NCBI GenBank assembly: GCA_964016885.1
Contig: OZ024745.1
Coordinates: forward strand, 107,694,001 to 107,758,000
Direction of reading: 5' to 3'
Length of the DNA stretch: 64,000 nucleotides
From: Eledone cirrhosa
Taxonomy: Eukaryota
Numbering within the stretch: the first letter of the stretch is position 1; each line of letters begins with the position of its first letter. The notes under the pieces were generated by a model. The model saw nothing but the letters and a program-made list of their open reading frames with translations, did no database searches and had not been told where the DNA came from. This document shows positions 24,839 through 38,568 of this stretch, piece after piece. A program made the position numbers and the translations under genes.

Positions 24839-24958
24839 TTTGAATTAGTATGGTATAGACAAGTACATATGTTGTTTAGGTGTATAATATTGTCAATACT
24901 CTGATATGCCCAGTTCCTTGTTGGGTTGTTAATTCACTGGGGAACTGCAGTCATATTT

Positions 24959-25020
<62 letters not shown>

Positions 25021-25025
<5 letters not shown>

Positions 25026-25310
25026 ATAAGAAACGGAGAATCAGTGGTGCGACGAATTAGAATTTATTAAACATATTACAATCGTTTCTCTGGCGACTAG
25101 CTCGGGGTACGATCGATGCGAGGATCGAACCTGACTCTGAACTTGCGATTTCAGAGTCAGGTTCGATCCTTGCATCGATCGTACCTAGAGCTGATCGCCA
25201 GAAAAACGATTGTAATATGTCTAATAAATTCTAATTCGTCGCACCACTGATTCTCCGTTTCGAGTGATCAAACGGCCTACAGCATACGGACGCTTTTAAG
25301 CCTCCCACAC

Positions 25311-25314
<4 letters not shown>
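25021..25314. mobile_element. PLE-end mini-insertion in (TA)n with ~115-bp imperfect inverted arms
   Basis: 25030-25140 is inverted at 25151-25261; GAAACGATTGTA half-HHR; related sequence at the window end (~63955-64000). Confidence 0.65.
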
Positions 25315-25368
<54 letters not shown>

Positions 25369-25374
25369 TTGAAA

Positions 25375-25480
25375 AAAAATGAAAACGAAATTTCATTTCT
25401 CACTCTTAGTATGGCACTTACTTAAATGTAAGTATGTATGTATACGTACATACATATATGTATACAGACGTACAGTAGCA

Positions 25481-25526
<46 letters not shown>

Positions 25527-25717
25527 CATATACATATATACATACAGGTACACATACATATATGCACGCATCAGTTTAGCGGACGTTTATTATAACGTCG
25601 CTTTGTTCGTTTGTTTGTCAACAAACCGAACAGCCTGAATTTATGACATACGGTGTTAAGGCAACCACGTCACCTTTTTGTTCAACACTGACACAGGAAC
25701 GATGTACTAGTTTCAAG

Positions 25718-25720
<3 letters not shown>
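25375..25720 (-). mobile_element. PLE-end fragment, same family as ~54838-55118(+)
   Basis: AAGCTTGAAACTAGTACATCGTTCCTGTGTCAGTGTTGAACAAAA matches AAGCTAGAAACTAGTTCATTGTTCCTTTGTCAGTGTTGAACAAAA; (TA)n on both sides. Confidence 0.7.
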
Positions 25721-25784
<64 letters not shown>

Positions 25785-26249
25785 ATTGACTATATGAAAG
25801 GGATGAATACTGATACAAGTATACATGTGATCCAATTGCAAATGACCAAGTTAGCTAGGTTGAAAAAATACTAATATAAAACAATATGGTTTGCCTGTTT
25901 CGATTTAAAGTAATAAATCAATAAAAATAACAAACCTATATCGGGCAACTGCCTTTGATACCCGGACAGATCTAAATCTGTTCCGCAAGAATTATTAAGG
26001 GAAACCCACCATTCCTGTGCTCTTCTGCGGGTATCCACCAAATTCGTACCCTTCACTACAAAGGATCTAAGAACACTGAACGATGCCTAGCGCGTATCAT
26101 ACACATGCCGCTAAAAATAGCAGCGGGGTTTATGAGACTAAAGTTAGCTCTACATATGGAGCCGAGAATATCATAGATTCAGTTAGAAACTGAAAATAGT
26201 ATTTTACAATTAAATTGTAAAAGACTGTTTTGAGTTTCTAACTCAATCT

Positions 26250-27266
<1,017 letters not shown>

Positions 27267-27450
27267 GTGTGGGGGGTGTATAAAATTAGGATTTAGCTTC
27301 AGGCATAGCTGCATACAGATATGTATAGACATTTCGTATTTCTAAAGAAACATGGTATGTTTACAGGTAAACATTTAGAAAGCCGTAGCTATGCAAAAAA
27401 TATCGGGACTAACGCCCTCTAGTAGTGTCCAGCAGAAGCAAGGGGGAGCA

Positions 27451-27494
27451 ATCGTCGATGCATTTCGGCCTTAACTTGTCCTCATCGGGACGAT
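27451..27494 (-). ncRNA. Degenerate minimal hammerhead motif
   Basis: ATCGTC-CCGATGA-GGACAAGTTAAGGCC-GAAA-TGCA-TC-GACGAT: 6-bp stem I, AUC site, U4C change in the core. Confidence 0.6.
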
Positions 27495-27562
27495 CCCTCC
27501 CACACTTGCGACTGCTGGACTTGAAAACAGTCGAAAATATATATATATATATATATATAAAG

Positions 27563-27647
<85 letters not shown>

Positions 27648-28450
27648 GCAACGGGTCACTTTGTGGCTCAATGAAGAGTTAATAAATTAAATAATCAGAG
27701 CTATATATCATAAAATATGTCTATAGAATCACCAGATAAAATATATACCATTTCCTCTCCCAATTAGCATAATTAACCATATAAAAAATCGATTAGACCA
27801 AGCTATAAGAATAAAGGCTTCTATGAAGAAATCTCCGACAAATAACCGAAAGCAGCCCTTCGCGTCGGTTGCGACGGAGTATTTTTCGAGTACTTCGATC
27901 GCTCAGATATACAGTCAACTAAACAGAATTAGGTGTAAAATAAACTAGGAGAAAAGTGAACATATTTTATTATATATACATTATGAAGAGAGAAGAAACA
28001 GATATAATTAATAATAAAATATACCATACTCAGATTCCTTCTTTACTCCTCGACTACGTAGTTTCGTGGCATATTATGCAAAAACACTACATCACAGAGA
28101 TATAGAATTTTTGTGAGGTCTGCCGACTTATCAAGAGGATACCGTAGGACGCGAGATAGAATCCCGAAAGGATATATATATTATATATATAGATAGATAG
28201 ATATACAATGCTGTCAATGATTTTGCAGGGATCAATGCCCTCATTCCTGTACCGACATATGATTACGAACATAAAGTTCATTTAAGATATCTATCTACTC
28301 ATTGTCTCGCACATGAGTCTTCTTGAGCAGAATCATATAATTAGAATTAGCATTATTAAAAATATTTCAAAAGTAATTGAAATACCAGTCTTTTTAAGTA
28401 TAGGTTGGGGTGTGGCTTGGTGCGTGGGTATGTGTTTGTGTATATAATAA

Positions 28451-28668
28451 TGGTTTCTTATATAGGCACAAGGCCAGCAATTTTTGGAGGAGGGGAAAGT
28501 CGACTTAATCGACCCCAGTGCGTGACTGGTACTTTATTTTATCGACCCCGTAAGGGGGAAAGGTAAAGTTAACCTCGACGGGATTTGTACTTAGATCATG
28601 AAGGGACATAACTCTATGCTGCAAAGCATGGTGTCTGACGCTCTACAGATACTGCCAATCCACCGCCC
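28451..28668 (-). mobile_element. SINE, long form, full length
   Basis: Family motifs; degenerate TSD GTGTATATA(A/G)TAAT. Confidence 0.9.
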
Positions 28669-28899
28669 TTGCGTGTATATAGTAATGGGGAGCGTATTTG
28701 TAACTACTTCAAAAATAAAATCTCATTTTTTTTTCACTTTGCGAATGTATTCTAGGAATTCCCTGAGACTTGCGCTCTGTTTTCTCGTATAGCATAATTC
28801 CGTGAATCAAGATCTCTGATAACGAATTTTACGTTAAAGCTTACACGTATATTAATACTTGTTTCCAGTTAATTTTCAGAAAGTTTATGTTAATAATAC

Positions 28900-29173
28900 T
28901 TTTGTTTTACATAAGCAAAAGTGGTGAAGGGAAAAGCCGATATTAGTATGTGAAATGTACTTCCTTTCATCGAACCCAGAATGGCAAAGATGATTTAGTG
29001 GCATTTGATCTCACCGCATAATCAAACGCAACAAATGTAGCAAGACATTCTGTCCGACGCTATAATATATAATTGTTTCTACTTTTGGCACAAGGCCAGC
29101 AATTATCCCAGTGAATTACTGGTACTTTATTTAATCGACCCCGTAAGGATGAAAAGCAAAGTTAACCTTGGCG
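28900..29173 (-). mobile_element. Old diverged SINE plus a young 5'-truncated SINE (~29074-29173)
   Basis: Family motifs. Confidence 0.7.
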
Positions 29174-30139
29174 AATATATAATGCGGTAATTCTAGAGAA
29201 TTGTATTAGTTTCTTTTGTTTTGATTCGAGATTTAATCGGATTTATGACGTCAAATATCATTAGAATTCACTCTTATTAGCTGAACGTGAAGGCATTTTC
29301 AAGAAATTTAAAAAGAAATCATATCCTGTGACAATAGATAGTATATATCACCTAATAAATATATCTAAATGGTTAGGTGTGTTACCAGATGTTTAAAAGT
29401 AGAAACATCAATCAAATGTTACAATCCATATCAGAAAAAACTCATAAAATTATAAACTGAATTCGATGTTATCTTGTTAATAGTTAACTTAAGTATCATT
29501 TTCCGTAATTTTCTTGTCATAACTGGAAGCATATTATCTTATCAGTATTAATGTTCTCCAACCATTTTACAGCATATTGAAAGGGTTGTTATTTGATTCC
29601 GATATCAGAATAGATTATTTTCGTTTAAATATTGCTTACAAATTTTACAAATATACCTCATTATATAGCATATACATTTCCGCGCTATAGCCATCATTCC
29701 ATCACAATAAAGAGCCAACGTTTGAACTTGTATATAATTCGTTGAGCTAATAAAATTGTCTGCCAAATGCTCTACAAACCAAGTCTTAGCACCTTAAAAA
29801 GAGAAAGAAATTTTGAATAATGCTGTACTAGATATACTGCTTGAACAGAAAAGACGCGATGGTTATGGGTGGAACGCCTTTAGTCATAGGTTTAGTCAAC
29901 CAGAGCTCTGCATTTCCTTCGTTTCACAATAGATTAACTTGGGAATTCCAACTACTACAGAAGAAAGTACAAATGTTGGTACAAATAATTTTTATTTAAA
30001 TCTGAAATGAAATTAGACACTATAAGTTGCAGTGTGAAACACGATAGAAAAGCAAACACACGTTCCTACGCTGGACACTAGAATGTAAAGTTTGTTTCTT
30101 CTATATTTTGATTTTTACTTAAAGTCATTTGGATATTAA

Positions 30140-30352
30140 TTACTAACATAGGCACAAGGCCTCACATTTCAAGGAAGGGCATTGTCGTTTACGTTCGACT
30201 GCAGTACTTGACGGATACTTCATTTTCATCGACCCTAGATGATTAAAAGCAGAGTTGACCTGTGTGAATTAAACCTAGAACGTAAACGACCGTAACTAAA
30301 TACCGGAAAGTATTTTGTCCGACGGTCTAAATATTTTGTAAATCCACCACCC
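30140..30352 (-). mobile_element. Diverged SINE
   Basis: AGGCACAAGGCC..CATCGACCC..AATCCACCACCC. Confidence 0.7.
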
Positions 30353-31163
30353 TTTACCTGGCTATTGATTTACTTTGCTTGGATATTATTTACATTTTGA
30401 GATTATATTCAACAGGTTATATAAAAGAATTAAAATCAGTTACATGAAATACGAAATGTAATACAGGAAAATTCCCACGTATATATAACAACAATTTCTG
30501 TCAGATATTGGTGACTAATAATATAGATAATAGTGCGAATTTCATTACATTCAATACTAGTTTCATATAGAGAGAAATATATTAGATTTGTTGTTATTTT
30601 TTGTTTTTGCTGTTGGAGTTTATACCAGCTCAAATTTGAATCAGCAGTCATATGTTATTATAGTTGTGAACATCCCATCTTTTCTATGAGATATAATGTG
30701 ATTTGATAGAGATTTTATTGTCAGTTTCAACACAAGGAATAACTATGTAGAGGCTCATATGTCAAAATTCACATAATAATCTTATTTTAACTTTTTTAGT
30801 AAATATTGAAGCAATTACGAAACAGAATAAATACCCAACAAAAGCGAGATAATCACATTAGAATTACATTGATCATGGAACGTTCAATCAAAGCTTACTG
30901 CAGTCAAAACAACAATAAACAATATTAATTTAGAACGTCAAATAGTAATGTTCTTTTGTTAAACTTATATAATTAGCTTTTAATGTTTCTTCGTCTTGAT
31001 TCTAGTAAAATACACAATTCATTCCATTAGCAGCACACTGAATCAGAATATTTGCAATATTTGTACATGTATATTTGTTTGCATATATTGTATGTATATC
31101 TCGAAATTGCTAAAATGATATACATATATATACATACATACAGATAAACACATAGGTATATAC

Positions 31164-31194
<31 letters not shown>

Positions 31195-31252
31195 TATAGG
31201 TATATATATATATATAAATATATGTATATATATATATATATATAAATATATG

Positions 31253-31317
<65 letters not shown>

Positions 31318-31319
<2 letters not shown>

Positions 31320-31452
31320 CGAAGGAAATGGAATTTATATGGAATTACCCCTTGAGAAGATCGGCTATTTAAATACCAGGATAAATTTTCATTTAGTCCA
31401 GAATTAGCCGTCGAAACGGCTTGAGCTCAGCTGTCGGGGTCTTACTGGTTCC
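31318..31452. mobile_element. PLE mini-element in (TA)n with a complete U3-A8 hammerhead (31347-31440, +)
   Basis: AACGAAGGAAATG (inverted terminus) plus a forward copy of ~19363-19479 ending GGTTCC|TA. Confidence 0.88.
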
Positions 31453-31910
31453 TATATATATATATATATATATTACACAGGGGGAAGTGTGTTACACAGT
31501 GAGATGTGTGTAAAGAATTATTACATGTGAGTTTAACCGTTACTGTATGGAAAACAACACCTACAGGTTAGCAATTAAATAGAAAGAACACTAAATCAGA
31601 ATCAAATCTCCGAAGTAGGGTTTTAAATTACCAACCTTATAACTATAAGCTTGCTGATACGAATCTATTTCGTTTCGCCACTGAAATGTGTAGTGTAAAA
31701 GTCCACAAGGTCCTCAGTCCACAAGTGTGGAATTGTTAGCTACACATCTAGCCTAATGGAAAGAGAGAACGCAAATATACACGCTGCCCAGAGCAGGGCG
31801 AAAACACGTGTTATTTGCATCAAATAACGGCTCTCATGGATTAGGGAAGATGCTAGAGAGAGCAGCCAGCCATTCGAATTTATTAGCTCAACAATTTGGA
31901 GCTCGTTAAT

Positions 31911-32071
31911 TATACAAGGAACGGAATTAGAGTATTCCGCAGTTCACAGTAATAATAATATTAGCTCAAAGATGAACAGAGAATTTTCAACTGAGCTCAA
32001 ATATTAGCTTCTTTGAGCTAATGTTATTATTACTGTGACCTGTGGAATACTCTAATTCCGATCCTTGTATA
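31911..32071. repeat. ~60-bp imperfect inverted repeat with a short spacer, abutting (TA)n (probable PLE end fold-back)
   Basis: 31911-31972 vs 32010-32071. Confidence 0.75.
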
Positions 32072-32092
32072 TATATATATATATATATATAT

Positions 32093-32198
32093 CTAAGGCG
32101 GGTAAAATTCCCGAGATCCATGGACGAGTTCTCTCCAGCGGTCTCTGTCCCTCATTATCGCTGCCATATCCTGCATCTCCAACAGACCAGTGTCTGTC
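32093..32198 (-). mobile_element. 3' tip of an RTE element (same family as 52185-52955)
   Basis: Near-identical to ~52197-52303. Confidence 0.85.
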
Positions 32199-32351
32199 CA
32201 AATACATATATTTATTTGAAAATTATCCTGCCATTATATTCATCAAAGTTCATCTATTGAAATGGAACCAGCAGGAGGGGACTTTTACAGCGCCTTTCTT
32301 AAACACTCTTATCTTGCTGTCAACCTTCACCATTTTCTGTGTGTATATATG

Positions 32352-32401
<50 letters not shown>

Positions 32402-32982
32402 CTTTAATTCCTTTAAATCTTCATCAACACCCCTTCACTCCCACACTCATTAACACCACACCCCACACCCCAGACACATCCAAATCTCTCTTATATATAG
32501 AGTCACACATCACAACACAACCTGATCTCAGTTTGACAATCGCCACCGATGAATGCGAGAAAGTTCTCCAAGAAAGTTAACCAGGAATCTTTAAAATTCT
32601 TCCCACCGAAGTTAACAAAGAACTTCCTAGATCTGGTAATCCAAGTAGAAGTTATGAGTACTCTGTATCGAGGATAGTTTTAACGTTCGGCGTTGTTTGA
32701 CTCAACAAGAAGTTTCCTTAGTCGAGTGGCCGGTTTAAGAAATTTCCTAGGCAGGCGGTTCTTGGAGTAATAATAGTAAAAGTGTGTACAATAGGGTTTA
32801 TTTAAAGTATTAACAATTGTTTCATTAGTCTGGTGTGTCTAAAAATCGCTGATCGTTAGAAGTCACGTCATTCGATTTTAATTACAGCCGATACCCGATC
32901 AAATCATCAGAATACTGATCTGCGTACGTGATACAGTGCACTAATATTTATAGATACGTGGGAGAATAACATAAGTTAAAAC

Positions 32983-33084
32983 AATAATAATAATAACATT
33001 AATGATAATAATGATAATAATAATAATAGTAGTTGTAGTAGTAGTAGTAGTAGGAGTAGTAGTAGTAGTAGTAATAGTAGTAGT

Positions 33085-33117
<33 letters not shown>

Positions 33118-33120
33118 TGC

Positions 33121-33169
<49 letters not shown>

Positions 33170-33230
33170 TTAGTAGTAGTGGTATTAGTAGTAGAGTAGT
33201 GGTATTAGTAGTAGTAGTAGTAGAGTAGTA
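32983..33230. repeat. (TAA)n/(TAG)n/(CAG)n compound microsatellite
   Basis: Direct reading. Confidence 0.95.
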
Positions 33231-33233
33231 GAT

Positions 33234-33362
33234 ACTGATCCTGATCCTCTTAATCCTTATCCTGATCCTCCTGATCCTGATCCTGCTGATCCTAATCCTG
33301 TTCCTGACCCTGATCCTGATCCTGATCCTGATCCTGATCCTGATCCTCCTGATCCTGATCCT
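33234..33362. repeat. (CTGATC)n hexamer tract; reverse-complement (GATCAG)n tract at ~34222-34532
   Basis: Direct reading. Confidence 0.9.
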
Positions 33363-33516
33363 TGGACATTAGATCAATCGCCAAACCCTCAGCTTTTTTA
33401 TAGACACACCCACTCATACAGAACGCTACCACCAATCTTCACCTCCATTAATATAATATTTTTCAAAATACCCCAACCTTAATCACCAGTCTGTTATCAT
33501 TATCTTTTTATTTTAT

Positions 33517-33678
33517 GTGGATTGGCAGTATCGGTAGAGGGTCGGCGCCATGCTTTCCAGCATAGTTACGTCCCTTTACGATCTGAGTTCAAATCCCGCC
33601 GAGGTTAACTTTGCCTGATAAAATACAGTACCAGTAATGCACTGGGTAATTGCTGGCCTTGTGCCTAAAGTAGAAACA
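33517..33678 (+). mobile_element. Young SINE with an internal deletion
   Basis: TSD ATTATCTTTTTATTTTAT (33499-33516 / 33679-33696). Confidence 0.92.
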
Positions 33679-33851
33679 ATTATCTTTTTATTTTATATTT
33701 CGCCGCTTCTTCTATTTAACCCATCTCACCCCACTGTATTTGAATGTCGCCACTGTCCCCTCATCCCATTTTATTACACTGCCAAGTATTTCCTTTATCA
33801 TATCATCTCTTCATACCACTTCCCTCACTTTTTCCATGTTATTATTATTGT

Positions 33852-34145
33852 TGACTTTGCCTTTCATCCTTACGGGGTCGATAAAATAAAGTACCAGTAA
33901 TGTACTGGGTAATTGCTGGCCTTGTGCCTAAAACAGAAACAATTATTATTGTCATTAGGGCGATGGATTGGCAGTATCGGTAGAGGGTCGGACGCCATGC
34001 TTTGCAGCATAGAGTTACGGCTCTTTATGGTCTGAGTTCAAATCCCGCCGAGGTTAACCTTGCCCTTCATCCTTACGGAGTCGATAAAATAAAGTACCAG
34101 TAATACACTTGGATAGTTGCTGGCCTTGTTCCAAAAGTAGAAACA
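33852..34145 (+). mobile_element. Tandem SINEs: truncated 33852-33941 and full-length 33957-34145 sharing an overlapping TSD
   Basis: ATTATTATTGT at 33841, 33942 and 34146; 15-bp TSD ATTATTATTGTCATT for the second copy. Confidence 0.9.
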
Positions 34146-35685
34146 ATTATTATTGTCATTATTATTTTACGCTTCTATTCCCTCATCACTGAAACCACCC
34201 CATTACTATCAGGAGGAACGGATGGATCAGGATCAGGATCAGGAGGATCAGGATCAGGTGATCAGGATCAGGATCATCAGGATCAGGTGATCAGGATCAG
34301 GGTGATCAGGATCAGGATCAGGATTACGATCAGGATCAGGATCAGGATCAGGATCAGGATTAGGATCAGGATCAGGAGGATCAAGATCAAGAGGATCAGC
34401 ATCTGGAGGATCAGGAAGATCAGGATCGGGATAGATGTCTGAATCTGGATCGGGATTGGGACCGAGGTTTGGATCTGGATTGGGATGAGGATGAGGATGA
34501 GGATCAGGATCAGAATGAGGAGGATCAGGATGAGAAAGAAATATTCAAAATGAATAGCAAACAATGTGTAGAATAACAAACATTTGTGTTGAGATGGCAC
34601 AGAACAGAATGAAAAGGAAGATAATCGATGAGATTTCAGTATTGAAGAATGTGTCTTCGTACAGAGGACAAAGGTCAGTTCGTGTTATTTCATATTAACA
34701 TGGTCTAATCTTACCATATCGATTTCACGCCGACATTTTCACTATATTTCTCTAAATTAACAAACTAATTGATTGAAGAATCACGAATGCTTCATGCAGC
34801 CGACTGACTAAGTTAATCCAAGAGTAATATCGTCCATATTGACTTGGATGCTTAGTATATTGCCCGGTCAACAGAACAGATGAAAAGAATGGAAAGAAAG
34901 GAGTCGTCCGTGATATTTTGACTTATTAAAAATGGACGAAAATATTAGAAATATTCTTACTGCTGTCAGAAACACTCCCCGAAACAACTCTATGAAATGA
35001 TTAACTTTCGGAAAATATCGTAAACGGCAGGAGTTATTGTGAATAGAAAATTATAAACAATGTCATTTGAACCATTAGAAATAAGTGGAAAATAGCCAAA
35101 CATCGACGAAAAATATAAAGGAGGGTATGTTGAAGAATAAATGAGATGAGAGGCAAGTGAAAAGAATAGAAATTAAGGATGGGGGGATAAGTATCCAAGA
35201 GGGCAAAAATCAACAAATTTCACGATCTCATTCGAATTGCAGATAAGCTGAGAGCTGAAAATCGGATCTGCTACGGATGGAAACGAAATATTTTATGGCT
35301 TTGTTATTAGAAAATATAATGTTGACCTGACTCATAAATCTAAGCTGCATATATTTACGGTAATGGAGAAATATTTTAAGAGCAATTTCGTGAAAGAAAC
35401 CAAAGTTGTTATTATGGCATAATGCCAATTTATTAATCTATACTTGTGGGAATCATAACGTCCACTGTTCAACTCCAATAGGGATCCATAAGTGTATCTA
35501 AATGACAATGGGTAGGTCTTTGTTAAATAAGCTAGTTGTATATATCATAATTCTTGTTTCATCTTACATTTCTTTACGACACCACTTATTATCTCGATAA
35601 AGGGTCTAATTATTTTCGTATCATATCAATCTGTGGAGAAAACGAACACTTAGGGGATATTTATGGTCTATTATTTATTCTAAAG

Positions 35686-35870
35686 GGCGGTGGATTGGCA
35701 GTATCGGTAGAGGGTCGGACGCCATGCTTTCCAGCATAGTTACGTCCCTTTACGATCTGAGTTCAAATCCCGCCGAGGTTGACTTTACCTTTCATACTTA
35801 CGGGGTCGATAAAATAAAAGTACTATTAATGCACTGGGTAATTGCTGGCCTTGTGCCTAAAGTAGAAACA
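35686..35870 (+). mobile_element. Young full-length SINE
   Basis: TSD ATTATTTATTCTAAAG (35670-35685 / 35871-35886). Confidence 0.93.
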
Positions 35871-35954
35871 ATTATTTATTCTAAAGAGTGATAGCATAAT
35901 AGCAAATATTTGTCTGGTTATAAAACTAGAATTAGAGACCCTAATGTGATTATA

Positions 35955-36945
35955 ATTGTTTATACATTCAGCACAAGATCAGCAATTTTAGGATAGGGGG
36001 AAATTGATTAAATTAACCCCGGTGCATTACTGGTGCTTTATTTTATCGACTCCGTAAGGATAAAAGGCAAAGCTAACCTCGGTGGGATTTGAACTCAGAA
36101 CGTAAAGAGACGCAACTATATGCCGCAAAGCATGTTATCCGACGTTCTACCGCCTATTCTCCATCCTGCGTTAATTTAATAATAGATATTCATATTCATA
36201 CATAACATATTTATGTGGTATACGTTTTGATACAAACATACTCTGTCGGTATGTTAGTAAGTCTTTAGCTCATAAATGTTGGTTACTTCAAAAGCCACCC
36301 TGAATAAATATTGGTTTCTTATATAGGCACAAGGCCAGTGATTTTGGGGGAGGGGAAAGTCGATTAAATCAACCACAGTGCGTGACTGGTACTTTATTTT
36401 ATCGACCCCGTGAGGATGAAAGGTAAAGTTAGCCTCGGCGGGATTTGAACTCAGATCATAAAGGGCCGTAACTCTTTGCTGCAAAGCATGTCGGCCGACT
36501 CTCTACCGATACTGCCAATCCACCTCCCTCTCGCCCTGAATAAATATTAGCTTTCATTCAGTGATGCTGTTAGAGAATATCAAGTCACCAACAAGATCAG
36601 TGAAAATGTCATTAATTGAAATTAAAAATATTACTCTATCCAGATATACCACAAGCAATGTTTATATGTAATACGTTCCCTCTAGTCCCTTAATTTTTAG
36701 TGTCATAAGCTGCGGAATTGGTAATTATTATTCTAAAGTTTAGATACATTGATAATAATTGTTTTTACTTTAAACACAAAGCCAGCAATATGAAGGGGAG
36801 GGGAAAGTCGATTAAATTTACCCAGTGCATTACTTGTGCTTTATTTTATCAACCCCATAAGGATTAAAAGCAAAGCTAACCTCGATGGAATTTGAACTCA
36901 GAACGTAAAGGGCCATAACTCTATGCTACGAAGCATGTTGTCCTA
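35955..36945 (-). mobile_element. Three long-form SINEs (~35955-36152, ~36313-36530, ~36757-36945)
   Basis: Family motifs; the middle copy has TSD CCCTGAATAAATATT. Confidence 0.85.
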
Positions 36946-37045
36946 AACTAATAAAAATATTATGAATCGTTTGACTACTTCAAATATACATTCTCGATAA
37001 AAACGTTTGAAAACGTGAATGTATTTCATTATGTGTCTTAGATTT

Positions 37046-37227
37046 AGGCGGTGGATTGGCAGTATCGGTAGAGGGTCGGACGCCATGCTTTGACGCAAAG
37101 AGTTACGGCCCTTTCCATTCTGAGTTCAAATCCCGCTAAAGGTTAACTTTTCCTTTCATCCTTACGGGGTCGATAAAATAAAGTATTGCACTGGGTAATT
37201 GCTGGCCTTGTGCCTAAAGTAGAAACA
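37046..37227 (+). mobile_element. Young SINE
   Basis: TSD ATTATGTGTCTTAGATTT (37028-37045 / 37228-37245). Confidence 0.93.
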
Positions 37228-37683
37228 ATTATGTGTCTTAGATTTCTTTCGTCCCTACGGTGTTGTACCAGTAATAACATCCTACCCTCTCCATAATTGT
37301 AGACTCGGTGCCTAAATCAGAAACCGTTATATGTCCTAAACTTTGGAAAAATAACATACAGGAATTTAGACTCACATGTCATTTGTTACAATTTAAATGA
37401 TAATTAAACAGCTAGAATTTAGACCCAGTATTTAGTATATTTACGTAAGATTTGGTGGAGCGTCGGACATGTTTTATAGCATAGAGCAACCAGCACCGGT
37501 GTGATATCAAAGGATAAAACAGTTGTGTGAAAGAGTTGATATGTCGCAGGCAAACGATAGCATCTTTCTGAAACTGATGCGCTTGATCGCTATCACTATG
37601 CTGTGACGTGGAATGTTTTTTGCCTTCTTACGCCCGTTTAACCCAACGCAACACCTACGAACAAGCAGCTCAATAATTAGCAA

Positions 37684-37737
<54 letters not shown>

Positions 37738-37784
37738 TATATATAAATATATATACGCGCACACACATGCATCTCTCTCTTTCT

Positions 37785-37856
<72 letters not shown>

Positions 37857-37898
37857 TTCTCTTTCTTTATATATATATATATATTGATACATATATAT

Positions 37899-38019
37899 AA
37901 CGAAGGAAATGTGGTAAGGAACCAGGTGGACCATAACGCACCAAAGTACTCAATACTTAGGGTAGTCCAGAATTAGCCGTCGAAATGGCTTGAGCTCAGC
38001 CGTCGGGGTCTTACTGGTT

Positions 38020-38021
<2 letters not shown>
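37899..38021. mobile_element. PLE mini-element in (TA)n (60-bp inverted terminus plus a forward segment ending GGTTCC)
   Basis: Same two endpoints as 19729-19916 and 31318-31452, different internal junction. Confidence 0.88.
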
Positions 38022-38084
<63 letters not shown>

Positions 38085-38087
<3 letters not shown>

Positions 38088-38382
38088 TTAAATAAAAATG
38101 GCGTTAGCATTACAATACAACGGGAGGAAACATAATAGTACCACTGATGATGTCACAGATGTGTGACGAAAGAACTTTGGTAGACTATATATATATATAT
38201 ATATATTTGCATCTGTATTTTTAACCATTGGTCAATCAATGATAAATATTGATTGCCAGATAAACTAACTATGCAGATATAAAATATACAGAAGTGAAAA
38301 CCAACCCAAACCAAACAGTGAGTGTGTTCTATTATTAGTTCTGGCAATATTATAACAATATAACCCTCCCCAAGTATAATAA
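38085..38382 (+). mobile_element. Solo pLTR/3' end of the 49925-52026 PLE family
   Basis: CCAAACAGTGAGTGTGTTCT..TTCTGGCAATATT..ACCCTCCCCAAGTATAAT matches the reverse complement of 49925-50000. Confidence 0.8.
38140..38181 (+). ncRNA. Minimal hammerhead ribozyme motif
   Basis: ACCA-CTGATGA-T-GTCACA-GATG-TGTGAC-GAAA-GAAC-TT-TGGT; stem II covaries with the copy at ~50146-50182(-) (GTTGCA/TGCAAC). Confidence 0.75.
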
Positions 38383-38415
38383 TATATGTTTCAACATACG
38401 ATTTTATATAAAAAA

Positions 38416-38568
<153 letters not shown>

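Noticed and set aside
34283-34600. Hydrophobic ILILIL ORF resembling a membrane protein
   Set aside because: Translation of the (GATCAG)n tract
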